The position numbers were made by a program, and so were the translations under genes. Under the pieces are notes generated by a model, which worked only from the letters and a program-made list of their open reading frames with translations, ran no database searches and was not told the origin of the DNA. 64,000 nucleotides of DNA. It comes from Octopus vulgaris. Lineage: Eukaryota. Where the stretch lies: assembly GCA_951406725.2 (NCBI GenBank), contig OX597830.1, positions 68,634,001 to 68,698,000 on the forward strand. The letters run 5' to 3'. Positions 40,318-53,665 of the stretch are shown here, in pieces; the stretch's first letter is position 1; every line of letters begins with the position of its first letter.

Positions 40318-41896
40318 TAGTTTTATTTTTATAGCGTGCTTTCACTTCACTACCGAGCGCAGCTCTGTGTGCCTTGGGTATGTGCTGTGATTTGTTGTGA
40401 TGCTCTGATGGTTATTGTATAGAAAGTGTTCTGCGTAGGATGTGTGCAGTGCCTAGTAGTGCAATTTTCTGTATGTTATATGTGTTTGTAAGTCCTGGTG
40501 TTTTTGTTGTGTATTTGTCTGAATATTTTTTTATCATGCCTAATGCACCTACTATGATAGGAATTGTTTCTGTTTTCAGATTCCACATTCTAGTTACCTC
40601 TATTTCCAGGTCTTTGTATTTTGAGAGTTCTCCATTTCTTTTAGAGACACGTTGTCATCTGCCGGTATTGATACATCAATTAGAAAGCATTTTTTCTTCA
40701 TGATCTTTGACAACTATATCTGGTCTGTTGGCCTTAATTTCTCTATCTGTGTGTATCGGCATATCCCAGAGTATGGTTGCTTTCTCGTTTTCTGTGACTT
40801 TTTCTGGTGTGTGCCTATACCATCTTTTTTCTGTTGTTATTCCATAATGTTGACATAGCTTCCAATGTATGTAGGTTCCAACTCAGTCATGTCTGTGAAT
40901 ATATTCCTTCTTAGCCAGGACTGGGCAGCCAGAGATAATATGATTTATTGTTTCTTGTCCATCTCCACATTTTCTGCAGTTACTTGTAATATTTATTTTC
41001 ATTACATGTTTTTGGTAATTTCTGGTGGGGAGGCTTTGGTCTTGTCCTGCAATTAAAAATCCCTCTGTCTCTGCTTTGAGTCCTGAGCTTCTCAACCATT
41101 GCTGGAATTTTTCTTTGTCTATTTCTTTTGCGTTTAGTTTAGTGCAGTATTTACCATGAAGGGGCTTTTCTTGCCATCGTTTTATCATGGTTAGTTGCTG
41201 TTCTATTTTTAGTTTGGATTTCATTTGTTTTATAGCTTTTGTTGTTTCTTTATCTTCTTCTTCTTCTTCTTCTTCTTCTTCTTCTTCTTCTTCTTCTTCT
41301 TCTTCTTCTTCTTCTTCTTCTTCTTCTTCTTCTTCATGTTTATTAGGTGGTATGATTTCTTGTTTGTATTTGTCAGCTTCCTTAAATACTGAGAACAGTT
41401 TTTTGTTTTGCTCGTGTTTTGCCGCTATCTGGATCAGTTTTCCTTCCTTCTGAAGTAGATATTTTTGCAGTCCTATGGTGGTTATTTTATAGTAGTTTTC
41501 CAGCTGTATAAGGCCTCTACCACCTTCTATACGTTGTATATATAGTCTTTCTATGTCAGATTTTGGGTGATGCATCCTAGATCCTGTCATTATTTTTCTT
41601 GTTTTCCTATATATTTTGGACTGTTCATTTCGTGTCCAGTTAAGGATATTGTAGCTGTAACTTATAACTGGGACAGCTAAAGTGTTGATACCTATTATCT
41701 TGTTTTTAGCATTGAGCTCTGTTTTTAGTATTGATATAACTCGTCTATAATATTCTTTTTTTATTTTCTCTTTCATTTGTGTGTGTTGTGTCTTATCTAG
41801 TTCATGGATTCCTAAGTATTTGTAAGTTTGGCTTTGGTCTAATTCTTTTATTTCATTGGTTTTATCTAGTGTGATGTTGTTACTCGTAACTAGTTT
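40315..41896 (-). mobile_element. 5'-truncated R4/Dong LINE copy, in tandem with the next element
   Basis: Near-identical to 41918-43440; YKYLG, CCHC and RLE motifs; (TAA)n at both ends. Confidence 0.95.
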
Positions 41897-41917
41897 ATTA
41901 TTATTATTATTATAATT

Positions 41918-44900
41918 CAGTAGTTTTAGTTTTATAGCGTGCTTTCACTTCACTACCGAGCGCAGCTCTGTGTCCCTTAGGTATGTGCTGTGATTTGTTG
42001 TGATGCTCTGATGGTTATTGTATGGAAAGTGTTCTGCGTAGGATGTGTGCAGTGCCTAGTAGTGCAATTTTCTGTATGTTATATGTGTTTGTAAGTCCTG
42101 GTGTTTTTGTTGTGTATTTGTCTGAATGTTTTTTTTTTCATGCCTAATGCACCTACTATGATAGGAATTGTTTCTGTTTTTAGATTCCTCATTCTGGTTA
42201 CCTCTATTTCCAGGTGTTTGTATTTTGAGAGTTTCTACATTTCTTTTAGAGACACGTTGTCATCTGCCGGTATTGATACATCAATTAGAAAGCATTTTTT
42301 TCTTCATGATCTCTGACAACTATATCTGGTCTGTTGGCCTTAATTTCTCTATCTGTGTGTATCGGCATATCCCAGAGTATGGTTGCTTTCTCGTTTCCTG
42401 TGACCTTTTCTGGTGTGTGCCTATACCATCTTTTTTCTGTTGTTATTCCATAATGTTGGCATAGCTTCCAGTGTATGTAGGTTCCAACTCTGTCATGTCT
42501 GTGAATATATTCCTTCTTAGCCAGGACTGGGCAGCCAGAGATAATATGATTTATTGTTTCTTGTCCATCTCCACATATTCTGCAGTTACTTGTTATATTT
42601 CTTTTCATTTATATATTGTTATATTTCTGGTGGGGAGGCTTTGGTCTTGTGCTGCAATTAAAAATCCCTCTGTCTTTGCTTTGAGTCCTGAGCTTTTCAA
42701 CCATTGCTGGGATTTTTCTTTGTCTATTTCTTTTGCGTTTAGTTTAGTCCAGTATTTACCATGAAGGGGCTTTTCTTGCCATCGTTTTATCATGGTTCGT
42801 TGCTGTTCTATTTTTAGTTTGGATTTCATTTGTTTTATAGCTCTTGTTGTTTCTTTATCTTCTTCTTCTTCTTCTTCATGTTTATTAGGTGGTATGATTT
42901 CTTGTTTGTATTTGTCAGCTTCCTTAAATACTGAGAACAGTTTTTTGTTTTGCTCGTGTTTTACCGCTATTTGTATCAGTTTTCTTTCATTCTGAAGTAG
43001 ATATTTTTGCAGTCCTATGGTGGTTATTTTATAGTAGTTTTCCAGCTGTATAAGGCCTCTACCACCTTCTATACGTTGTATATATAGTCTTTCTATGTCA
43101 GATTTTGGGTGATGCATCCTAGATCCTGTCATTATTTTTCTTGTTTTCCTATATATTTTGGTCAGTTCATTTAGTGTCCAGTTAAGGATATTGTAGCTGT
43201 AACTTATAACTGGGACAGCTAAAGTGTTAATACCTATTATCTTGTTTTTAGCATTGAGCTCTGCTTTTAGTATTGATCTAACTCGTCTATAATATTCTTT
43301 TTTTATTTTCTCTTTCATTTGTGTGTGTTGTGTCTTATCTAGTTCATGGATTCCTAAGTATTTGTAAGTTTGGATTTGGTCTAATTCTTTTATTTCATTG
43401 GTTTTATCTAGTGTGATGTTGCTTCTCTTAACTAGTTTTCCTCTTTTCAGTGTTACTTTGGCGCATTTTTCTGATCCAAATTTCATAAATATTTCTTTGG
43501 TAAATCCATGAACTGTCTTTAATAGTGTTTCCAGCTGTTTGTCATTTGCAGCGTATAGTTTTAGGTAATCCATATATAAAAGGTGGCTGATCGTTTTGCC
43601 GTAACATTTATATCCGCATCCAGTTCTATTTAGCATATCAGATAGAGGTGACAGTGCCAAGCAGAAAAGGAGTGGAGAGAGCGTGTCTCCCTGGAATATT
43701 CCTCTTCTAATGGGGATGGCTTTGGTTTTCATGAGTCCCTCTTTTGTTTGGAGCTGTAGGACTGTTTGCCATTTATTCATAGAGTGCCCTATGAATTTTA
43801 TAATTGTTGGTGCTACTTTGTTAATGGCTAGTGTTTCGAGGATCCATGTGTGGGGGATGCTATCAAAAGCCTTTTTGTAGCCAATCCAGGCCATACCGAG
43901 GCCTTTCTTCTTTCTGTGGCTGTCTTCAGTTATGGCTTTATTAATCATTAGTTGATCTTTACAGCCATATGAGCCTTTGCGGCATCCTTTCTGCTCTTCT
44001 AGAAACAGGTCGTTTTCGTCCAGGTGCTTGTTCAACCTTTGCGATATCACTGCAGTAAATGCCTTGTACATTGTAGGGAGACAGGTTATTGGTTTGTAGT
44101 TTTCTGGTTTTGCTGTCTCATTTGATTTGGGAATTAAGATGGTTTTCCCCTTCGTGAGCCATTCAGGCATTGTCTCTGGCTCTGCTAGTATGTTAAAGTT
44201 TTCAGCCAGTTTTTTGTGCATTCCTGTTAGATATTTCAACCAGAAGTTGGGGATCTTGTCATGCCCAGGTGCCTTCCAGTTGCTTAGTCTTTGCAGTGGC
44301 TGGGTGACCTCTTCAGTTGTTATGGGGGTCCAAAGTTGCTCAGATGCTGTGTTTGTTGTTTTAATACTCCTCTTTTTTGGTTGTTCGTTCGCCGACCATA
44401 TTTCTCTCCAGAATTCTTCCATTTCTTCTGCCGTTGGTGCTGCAGTGATTTCTATTTTATTTTTATTTTTGCCAAGTTCTTGGTAGAACTTTTTGGGGTT
44501 GGAGTTGAACTTTTTGTTTTGTTCAAAGAAGCGCTGGCGTTTCTCGTACCGGCGGATCCTTTGTACTTTGGCAAGGATATCTTGCTTTAGTTTTTCTTTT
44601 ATCTCAGGTAAATCTTTTTCTGTGATGTTATATTTGCAGAGTATTTTTGTTTTCTTTTTGTTGCTCAGTAGCATTGATTGTCTACTGATTTCATTAAGAA
44701 TCGACAGATCTTTTCTCATTTTTTGTATTTTGTTTTGGATGTTATTTATCCACAGGGTTTATTTGGGTGGTGGTACTCCTGTTTGGATGGGTTTGAGTGA
44801 GTATCCAGCTTCTTTTGTGGCTGCAGTGGCGGCTGCGTATATTAAGTCATTTAGCTCAATGATATCGCTTTTTGTTTCAGTGGTTATTAGTTCCGTGACG

Positions 44901-46008
44901 GCTAGGTTTATGCTGTTTATAATTGGTGTTGTTGTTTCGTCTGTTTTGATTTTTGGGAGATATAGTCGGTGGTCCATTTTGAGCTCTGTGGTTTTCAGTT
45001 CTTTGATTATTTTACTTTTTATATTATCATAATCATTAGGCCCCACCTTCGTTGTTTCCAGGTTTTAGATTTGTGTCGCTTTCTTTCTTATTTATATGTT
45101 TGTTTGCCGTGTTTTGGCTTGCTGTTTGTCGTGTATTATTATGCATCCTTACGGTCTGGGTTTGTTGATTTTGTTTACATCGTGTTTGTTGGGAATGTTA
45201 CGTTTGTCTTCGTGTTTTACTGTTTCATTGTTTATATTATTGGGCATTGTTATGTGGCTTCTATCTACATTTTCCTGGTGTATTTTTTCTTTTAGATGTT
45301 CTATTTCTATTTCTGATATTTTTGGCGTTGAGAATGTATCTTCGTACGTTAGCTAGTTTATTAGGGTTCATTGCTGTATCCAAGTCTATATTTATGTTAT
45401 TTTCCTTCCTTATTTTATATGTATGTGTTGTTGTGTTTTCATTTTTGGGGTAGAGCACTGCTGTGAAGTATGCGTGTAGGATGGAAATGTATTCCTCACG
45501 TGTCCATTTATGTCTTTTGGGTTTTATTTGCGGGACATGAGGATCAACGTCTGGCCCATTATTTTGACGGTCGTCATTTTCGTAGGGTACCGGTCCGTTC
45601 ATTTCTGTTGTCACATTGTTTTGCACGTGTAGTTTTTCGTACATTTTGTGTTATAAGTTTAGAGTACTTACTTCCTGATTGTTATTCTTGGGTTGAATAA
45701 TATCGGTGGTATTTAATTTCTTCGTAGTTTTTTTGTACATGGTGTTTGGGGTCGGGGATGATCTGGTGTTGATGGATCGCAATGTTTCACGCATGTTTAC
45801 ATGTGTTGTGTTAGAGGTAGAGATGATATCGAGTTAAAATACATCATTTCGTTTCGAAAATAGTAATAAATTTCAATACTCTCGGGTATAGTCCAATCCT
45901 TTGTTAGTAAATCTTTGGCTCCATACGTTGTCTTTGTTTTCGATGTTTGTGGATAGATTTCGGAGCTCTGTTTTATAGTTCTTACATCTTAAACGTCTCC
46001 CGGTGTTC
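41918..46008 (-). mobile_element. Near full-length (~4.1 kb) R4/Dong-type RLE retrotransposon in (TAA)n
   Basis: Single disrupted ORF: Myb-like KWTREEY, RT, CCHC, RLE (NRPDIV..LIDV); (TAA)n at both ends. Confidence 0.95.
42605..44719 (-). pseudogene. Reverse transcriptase region of the R4/Dong element (704-aa open segment)
   Basis: WKAPGHD, YKPITCL, KKAFDS, RGIFQGDTLSP, LYMDY (normally YMDD), YKYLG. Confidence 0.92.
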
Positions 46009-46085
<77 letters not shown>

Positions 46086-46086
<1 letters not shown>

Positions 46087-46439
46087 CTCTATATATAAAC
46101 GGCAAAATGTCTGTCTGTGTGTGTACCCTTTATACAAATCCACAATTTTTCAGTTAGAGGCCTCGCACTTTCTATGGTAATTCAAAACCGTCCAAGGATG
46201 GTCGTGCAGATCTTTAAATTTCCCCAGTCACCCCGCAGAGCCATTAGAAAATCAATAGAAGTGACTTTTTGGGGAATTTTCTATCCAAAACCCAATCAAA
46301 ATGCCCGAAACTTGATACGCCTGCTAGCTGTATGTCATTGGTCGGAGATTTGGACAGTAGTCGCGTGTATGCTTGCACGCACGCAGCTGTATATGCATGC
46401 ACTAGCACTATGACCCGATGTTGCCGGATCATAGTGCTC

Positions 46440-46440
<1 letters not shown>
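46086..46440 (+). mobile_element. Non-autonomous Helitron-like element
   Basis: A|TCTCTATATATAAA start; subterminal hairpin atgacccg-atgttgc-cggatcat; ends CTCG|T (CTRR variant); inserted at an AT in (ATT)n. Confidence 0.75.
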
Positions 46441-46486
<46 letters not shown>

Positions 46487-46532
46487 ATCTTTAGCCAATA
46501 CTTCTATCAAATTATTATTCTCATTAAAAATA

Positions 46533-46750
46533 GCTGCGAGCTGGCATAATCGTTAGCACAACGTGCAAAAAAAAATGGTTATCACCATTTCATCTGTTTT
46601 TACATTTTCAGTTCAAATTTCGCCGAGGGCCATTTCGCCCTTTATCCTTTTAGGGTCGATAAAATAAGTGCCAGTTGAGTACTGACGGCGATATCATCCT
46701 CTTAGTCCCTCCCACAAATTTTCAAGCTTTGTATCTCCAGCAGAAAGTAT
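46533..46750 (+). mobile_element. SINE family A, diverged
   Basis: gcgagctggcataatcgttagc..gttcaaatttcgccgagg..atccttttagggtcgataaaa. Confidence 0.75.
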
Positions 46751-46854
46751 AACTTCTCATTAATCTACACAATAAAACACTTCACCATAAAAGCACCCCA
46801 TCACAGTTATGAAAACCGAAACAAAACGTTCATTTACCTGTTTTATTCTTTCAG

Positions 46855-47085
46855 GAAAATGTCCCGTGGATTTCGTTTACAACGGTTATCTTCCTTCTAA
46901 CAATGATTTGGGTATCACTTATACTCAGAATTATACACAGTGTTTCAAAAAATGTGAAGCGGAACCAAACTGTCAGTCAATCGAATACGCCTTTGACACA
47001 ACAAAATGCCGAATGTCAGTTGCGAATCATACTGCTATCAATTTGAAGTTCTGGGGAAGTGAACTTTACACTGATATAGACAGAA
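46855..47085 (+). CDS. Symmetric phase 1-1 exon encoding one PAN/apple domain
   Basis: ttctttcag| ... |gtaagt, 231 nt; KCPVDFVYNGYLPSNNDLGITYTQNYTQCFKKCEAEPNCQSIEYAFDTTKCRMSVANH... Confidence 0.88.
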
Positions 47086-47144
47086 GTAAGTGCAGATTTG
47101 TTTTATAATGTTGGGGACTTTCAGTCACACTCTGATTAGACAGT

Positions 47145-47410
47145 GTGAAGGCGTATGTCTTAGTTCTCTGATTAGACAGAGTTGTTCGCATATTTGGCAC
47201 AGGATCGCAAGGTTGTGTGTTCAATTCCTGGCGACGCGTTGTGTCTCTGAGCAAGACACTTTATTTGACGTTGCGTCAGTCCACTCAGCTGGCAAAAGTG
47301 AGTAGTACCTGTATTTCAAAGACCCAGCCTGTGTCACGCTGAATCTCCTTGACAATTACGTTAAGGGTACACGTGCCAGTGGAGTACTTAGCAACTTGCA
47401 CGTTAATTTC
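47145..47410 (+). mobile_element. SINE family C
   Basis: B-box-like gttcaattcc, 'tgagcaagacactttattt', shared body. Confidence 0.7.
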
Positions 47411-48199
47411 ATATATATGCATATATATATGTGTGTATGTGTGTGTATGTATGTATGTATGTATGTATGTATGTATGTATGTATGTATGTATGTGTGTAT
47501 ATATATATATAGATAGATAGATATTATTTATATTATTATTTGATTGGACACCAGACATCCAATTCCAAGTAAGTTTATCTTATTATTTTTGATGCGACTC
47601 TACCCTATGCTGTTCTCTCTCTCTTTCTCTCTCTCTCTCCTCTTTCCTCTGATTCTTTTTTCTCCCCTTTACCGTATTCTTTCTATCTGTCTCTCTCTCC
47701 CTCTTTACGTTTTACTATCTCTCTCTCTCGTTGCTCATACGTGACCATCGTCCATCTTTTTTCCTCACATGATCATTTTTCTTTTCTTTCAGGGCTGTCG
47801 TAGAGACTGCACGTATCCTATCTGTCTCTCTCTTCTATCTTTTCTCTTGTCAAAGAAAATATTTCTCCAGCGTTCGCTATTTTACCTTCGTCTGGTCTAA
47901 CAACCCTCCATTTTGTTTTCGTTCGGTTTCCTTGTACGTTTCAACTCTCCTGTTTTTGTTTCCAACCTTGACCCCCCCGCAAACCCCAAATTTCATTTTG
48001 GTACTTATGAGAGCAACTGCCTTCGAAGACTCATATTGTCGTTCAATGATCGAAATGAGTAGATGGACAACCGACAACTGATGAAGGGTCGTTCTTTATG
48101 TTACGTGTTCTGTTTTCCATTTTTTTCAGTTGTTATTTGCGTATTCAACTCTTTTGTTTTCGTATTTCCTGTTGTTTACGGTTTGTGACGTCCTGTACC

Positions 48200-48680
<481 letters not shown>

Positions 48681-48935
48681 TATTATTTATATTATTATTT
48701 GATTGAACGTCACGCATCCATTTCCAAGTATATATATCAGGTTTTGAAGCTTTTCATGCTGAATACTTGATAAATTCTTATAAAGATTTTATCCTATTTT
48801 AAATTTTAAATTTAACCGAATATATTCAGTGCTGAATTATTCTGAATGTACACGTGTACCGAAATATAATTCGAAAAGCCCACCTATTACATAGATACAT
48901 ACTAGTTAACAACTTTAATGTGCTACGTTGGATAC

Positions 48936-49131
48936 ATTTGGTGTTCATCTGGTATGTCGATCTTTGATCATTTTTATGTGACTTGATTATACTTGCACTG
49001 ACGAATATAAAGTACATTTTGTGAACTAATTGAAATCATATGATATGCAGTTGAATCTGTTTTTAAGGAGCTCGCTTCAAGAGGTGCACTCCCTCGTGTT
49101 CGGTACAATATATTTATTATGGTAGTTTTGA
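48936..49131 (-). pseudogene. Decayed PAN-domain exon
   Basis: QNYHNKYIVPNTRECTS*SELLKNRFNCISYDFN*FTKCTLYSS: PAN Cys and SYDF spacing with in-frame stops. Confidence 0.6.
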
Positions 49132-49235
49132 CTTTAAAGGAATGAATTATAATTTTTCCCTTTTTTAGGCTTTTCACGTTGACTACTTGATAAATTCTTA
49201 CGAAGATTTTATCGTATATATATATACATACATAC

Positions 49236-49287
<52 letters not shown>

Positions 49288-49609
49288 ATATGCATGTATG
49301 TATAAGCATGTGTTTATGTACTTTGTGTGTATCAGTATATACTTTGTGCGTATCAGTATATAGTTTTTATACATGTATACGCATATGGGTTCGACTAAAA
49401 GACAGCTTCATGTTAGAGGAAAATTAGCATCCCCACAAGGCCACACCACCCAGTGCCGTGTTGACACACGACCAACAATGTGGTGAGGATTTCTCCCCCC
49501 TTATAATATTGGGGAACAGACCCAGGCCAGCAGGACAGATGTAGTGAACACCAAGCCTTAACCACCGGAATGGGTTCGAAGGCTAGAAGCACATCTAGCT
49601 CGGCTGATT

Positions 49610-50580
49610 ATTTCCTACTTTAGCTTATATTTCTTGTTTTTATCTTTTATATCCCATATTAAACTGCTTAAGCTGGTGCTAGCTATTTTATTTTTTGCTT
49701 TAAAGGTGCTTTCATGGTAGGCTATTCTGCTTTTTATGTAATTTTCAGTGGATCCTATGTAGTAATAATTTTGTCCTTCCGATTCTACCTCACACCTATA
49801 AATTAAATTTTTGTATTTGCACAAGTTTCGTAACGAGCAATGGTTTTTAAATTTACAATCGGTACATTCATTTTCAGTTTCCCTTTCAATAAAGCTATGC
49901 TCATTTTCCCCATCTATAGTGTTATTTCCATTTTGTTTATCTGCAATGTTTTGATTCGTAACCATGGGTTCTTTCTTTTGGCTACTCCGATTCTTATTTG
50001 TTTTTATATTTGGTATTTATATATATTTTGTGTTCATTACTTCTGTTATAATTATTTTCATATATTCCGGTTTATTGCTAATGTTATTACTTTTATTATT
50101 ATTATTATTATGTGTTTTTTTTTCTCATTTTAGGTTGAAATTTAAATTTTTTCCTATCCAATTGGTGGACATTACGGGTTACCTCCTTTCCTTTACGAGT
50201 TGTATTTTCCAAATTTTCTTTATTATCAGCAACATTATGATCAACAAGCAGTTTATCAGGACTGTTCTTACCTCTATTATTATAGAAATCATTCAGTATT
50301 TTATTATTCAGTGCAGATATAATTTAAAATAATCTTATTGTATGTTTATTGCATTTATTGCACTTATATATGGGGTGTAGCACTTTATTGTGTTTTTATG
50401 GGCCCTTTTTGCCATTTGTGTCAGTATCTCAATATCAACTTTCCTTATTTCTTTGAGCCTTTTTAAGCTTCAACCAGTCATATACATGCGATATATTCAT
50501 TTCTTTTCTTCTTTCAAGAAATACTTGTGCTTGACGCTTTTTAATGTGTGGAAAAGTTTTACACAGAACTAATACCACTC
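49610..50580 (-). mobile_element. Penelope-like GIY-YIG endonuclease fragment
   Basis: CTDCKFKNHCSLRNLCKYKNLIYRCEV..YYIGSTENYIKSRIAYHESTF..TSLSSLIWDIK. Confidence 0.8.
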
Positions 50581-51209
50581 TGTAAACTACAAAGCCTGAT
50601 CCAAAAAGAAAGAAGAGCAAGTCGACATCACTGGGGGTATTTGCAGTCGCAGGTTTTATAGCAGAGTATCCTCCCAGTCATTGACCGATCAAAGGCTAAC
50701 CTCAAGACAGCGGTGAATGATTTCACTACAGAGTTACCTTCTCCTAGATTACCTTCACAAAAGCTTTGTTAAATACTGTAACTCCATCCACTCCTTATAT
50801 ATTTATACAAACACACACACAAGGTATAGAATATGCTTTTTATTTTAATTTTAAATATAAATGAAATTAAAATACAGATATATATATATATATATATACA
50901 AATGAAGGGTATATAAAAGGAATCATTCATAAATATGTATAAATATGTTATATGTTATATATATGTATGTACGTATGTGTGTATATATATAAAATAGCGA
51001 ATATAATAAAATGTAGTAGAATGGAATAGAATATGAAACGAATGAGAATATAAAAATGTTATATATGTGTATAGATATAATATATAGAATATAATAGAAC
51101 GTAATAGATTGTAATAGAATATGAAAATATATAAATCTTTAAATCTTTAAAATGTTTCAGCGTCAAAGCTGCGGTCATTCTGGGACACCACCTTTGAATG
51201 AGCTACACC

Positions 51210-52260
51210 ATTATCTGAAACCTCCTCTGATATGTGGCATTTGATCAATGAAAGAGTTTGATGCTGCAGTCCTCATCTGTGAGGTAGGCTTATCTGGAAC
51301 CCTTGACAGGAGGAGATCCATTTTCATTTTGAAGGCACCTACATCCACACCATGTAGGTCTCTCAGGCATTCTGAAAGGGAATTGAAGAGCTGTGGGCCT
51401 TTGAAGCTCAAGCTGTTGCAGTATCTGGTCCTGTATATTGAAGGCAGTATACAGTGGCGCACCGTTCTGCGGTTTGAGTAACTTTCAATGCCAAAGTTTG
51501 GTGCAAGGCCTTCCAGGATTTTCCAGATGAATTCCACTGCGTATATTTCCCGCCTTCGTGCTAGGGAGAAGAGTTTTAATTCTTTCAATTTTTCCCAATA
51601 GCTGATATGTTGCATTTAGACGATTTTATTAGTGTAGCTTCGGTAGATTGCTTCGAGTTCCGCTGTGAATTTTATATTGTGTAGTGACCATAGTTCGGAG
51701 CAGTAGTCAAAGCGGCTGAGGACGTATGTCCTCCAAAGGGCAATCAATGTCTCCTTTTCTCTTGTTTTGAAAGTTCGGATGATCCATCCAGCTATCCGTC
51801 TGCATTTTATTATCACATTGGTAATATTCACTGGAAAAGATGCACTTTTGCTCATGTCAATGCCGAGGTGTCGCACCGATTTGATTCAGGGGTTTCAATT
51901 CCTCCTGGGCCAGTGTACCCTGTCTGCATGTCGTTTAGCTTCGTATGCTGGTAGCGTAGGGACTTGAATTTTCCTGTATTAAACTGCATGTTGTTGTCCA
52001 ACTGTATATTGCGTGCAATTCATGTTACAGATGTGCAATATTTCCAGAGTTTTGCATTGTCTGAGACTTTCGTGTCATCTGCATAACCAACAAGGGTGGC
52101 TTGCTATCTGAGCAGCTGTGTGCATGTTTGAGAGGGCCACTATGGATATCTGTGGCCCCAAGACAGTACTCTGTGGAACACCATTTATTATTTGAGTTTC
52201 CTTGGCGGTGGCTCCGTTGGCCACCACTGCCTGGCATCTATCTTTTAGAAAGTCGTGCAA
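51210..52260 (-). mobile_element. CR1/L2-group LINE RT C-terminal fragment
   Basis: NGVPQSTVLGP, YADD, RHLGI, SRFDYCSELWS, SYWEKLKELKLFSLARRRE. Confidence 0.88.
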
Positions 52261-52539
52261 TCACTCTAGTGATTTTAGTTTTGATCTTCTATGCAAATGA
52301 AGATATTTGCTTCGTTTTGCTGCTGTTCTTTCTACGAATGAGAAGATGCATTGCGGAACTGTTATTTTAACGAGTTGTATCTATTTATCACTCACTGAGA
52401 TGCAACTGTACTGCCAGACACTCTTGAACCAGTTCTTAAGTGTTCCACTCGTGAAAGGTCGATGCTAGATGTGTCGAAACAATTGTCGTGATTAATAATT
52501 TAAATTCTCGTATATACTCCATCTTCCGTTTTTCATCTA

Positions 52540-52638
<99 letters not shown>

Positions 52639-53109
52639 GTATAGGAAAGAATGGAAATTTAACAAAATTCCTTTATTTTATTTTCGACATATGTTTCGAA
52701 GTCTGCAAAGTCCCTAATTCCGATTATATATATATAAGAATATAAAAAGGAATATAAAAATATAAATCTAAAAAGCAATTTAAGAATATACAAGATATAT
52801 ATATATATATATATACTGCACGCACACACATGTACACACATTGTTGGATGGCCGTTGAATACTCATTAGTTTCTCCGCCATTTCCAGGGTCCTACTTTTC
52901 GCCCCGTAGTGTGTCTAACAATCACCCCCCTCTTGGTTGGATTGCCTGTTTACTCGCCAACAATCCGATCATGTAACAGTTTTTACTTGGCTACATGTGT
53001 TACCAGCAGCGTTCAAGAGCGTCCAGTGTCACTCGAGAGCGTCCTAACATGTGTGTGTGTTTGCGCGCGCGTGTGTGTGTGCGTGTGTGTGTGTCTGTGC
53101 GTGTGTGTG

Positions 53110-53665
53110 TGTAGACGGAGTGTTGCGAAAAGCAACACCTGCCAAAATACAGGTGTTGAAAGTTGGGTGAATGAATGTTGGAAGGAAAATCGATGTTCTG
53201 CCCCAAGAACTCTACTTTTGTGTGCCACACTTGTTTGGAGACCTCTTGACAGATATTTACCAGAACTGGCAGCACAACAGAAGAATACTTTGAGTCGAGC
53301 AGTGCTAGCGTCGCTGAGAAGTGACCCAAACAACAGGAATCTCGTGATAATTTTCGGACCATAACTCTACTGAACGCACTGACACCAGGCGCACTGAGGT
53401 GATCAGCATTGCTTTAAGGGACAACGAGGCAGTGACGACAACAAAAATCGTTCTTCAGCTCCGTACCTAGAGATGCACGTCGATCAGTCCAGCAGCGTTA
53501 TTGTACACTGAATAAATTGCTCGGGACCTAGTTTGGCCCAGGTCTCCAAGTAGAGAAGAACTGGGTCGAGCAGGGTGACCAGTCTTACTCAGGAATCGAC
53601 CCAGAGGAAGTTATCCCTGAAAGGTGGAGCAGAGGTGCCGAATGCTTACCACATTTCCATCATAT
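53110..53665 (+). mobile_element. Tx1/L1-like deletion derivative, same family as 35500-36505
   Basis: Starts (GT)n-agacggagtg; NFRTITLLNA, FGPGLQVEKNW, RKLSLKGGAE. Confidence 0.78.

Noticed and set aside
45900-46010. HDV-like ribozyme at the Dong 5' end
   Set aside because: I could not build the nested double pseudoknot by eye; a descriptor search would be needed.
48015-48095. Hammerhead around ctgatga with a ttgtcg/cgacaa stem
   Set aside because: No correctly placed GAAA with stems II and III could be built.
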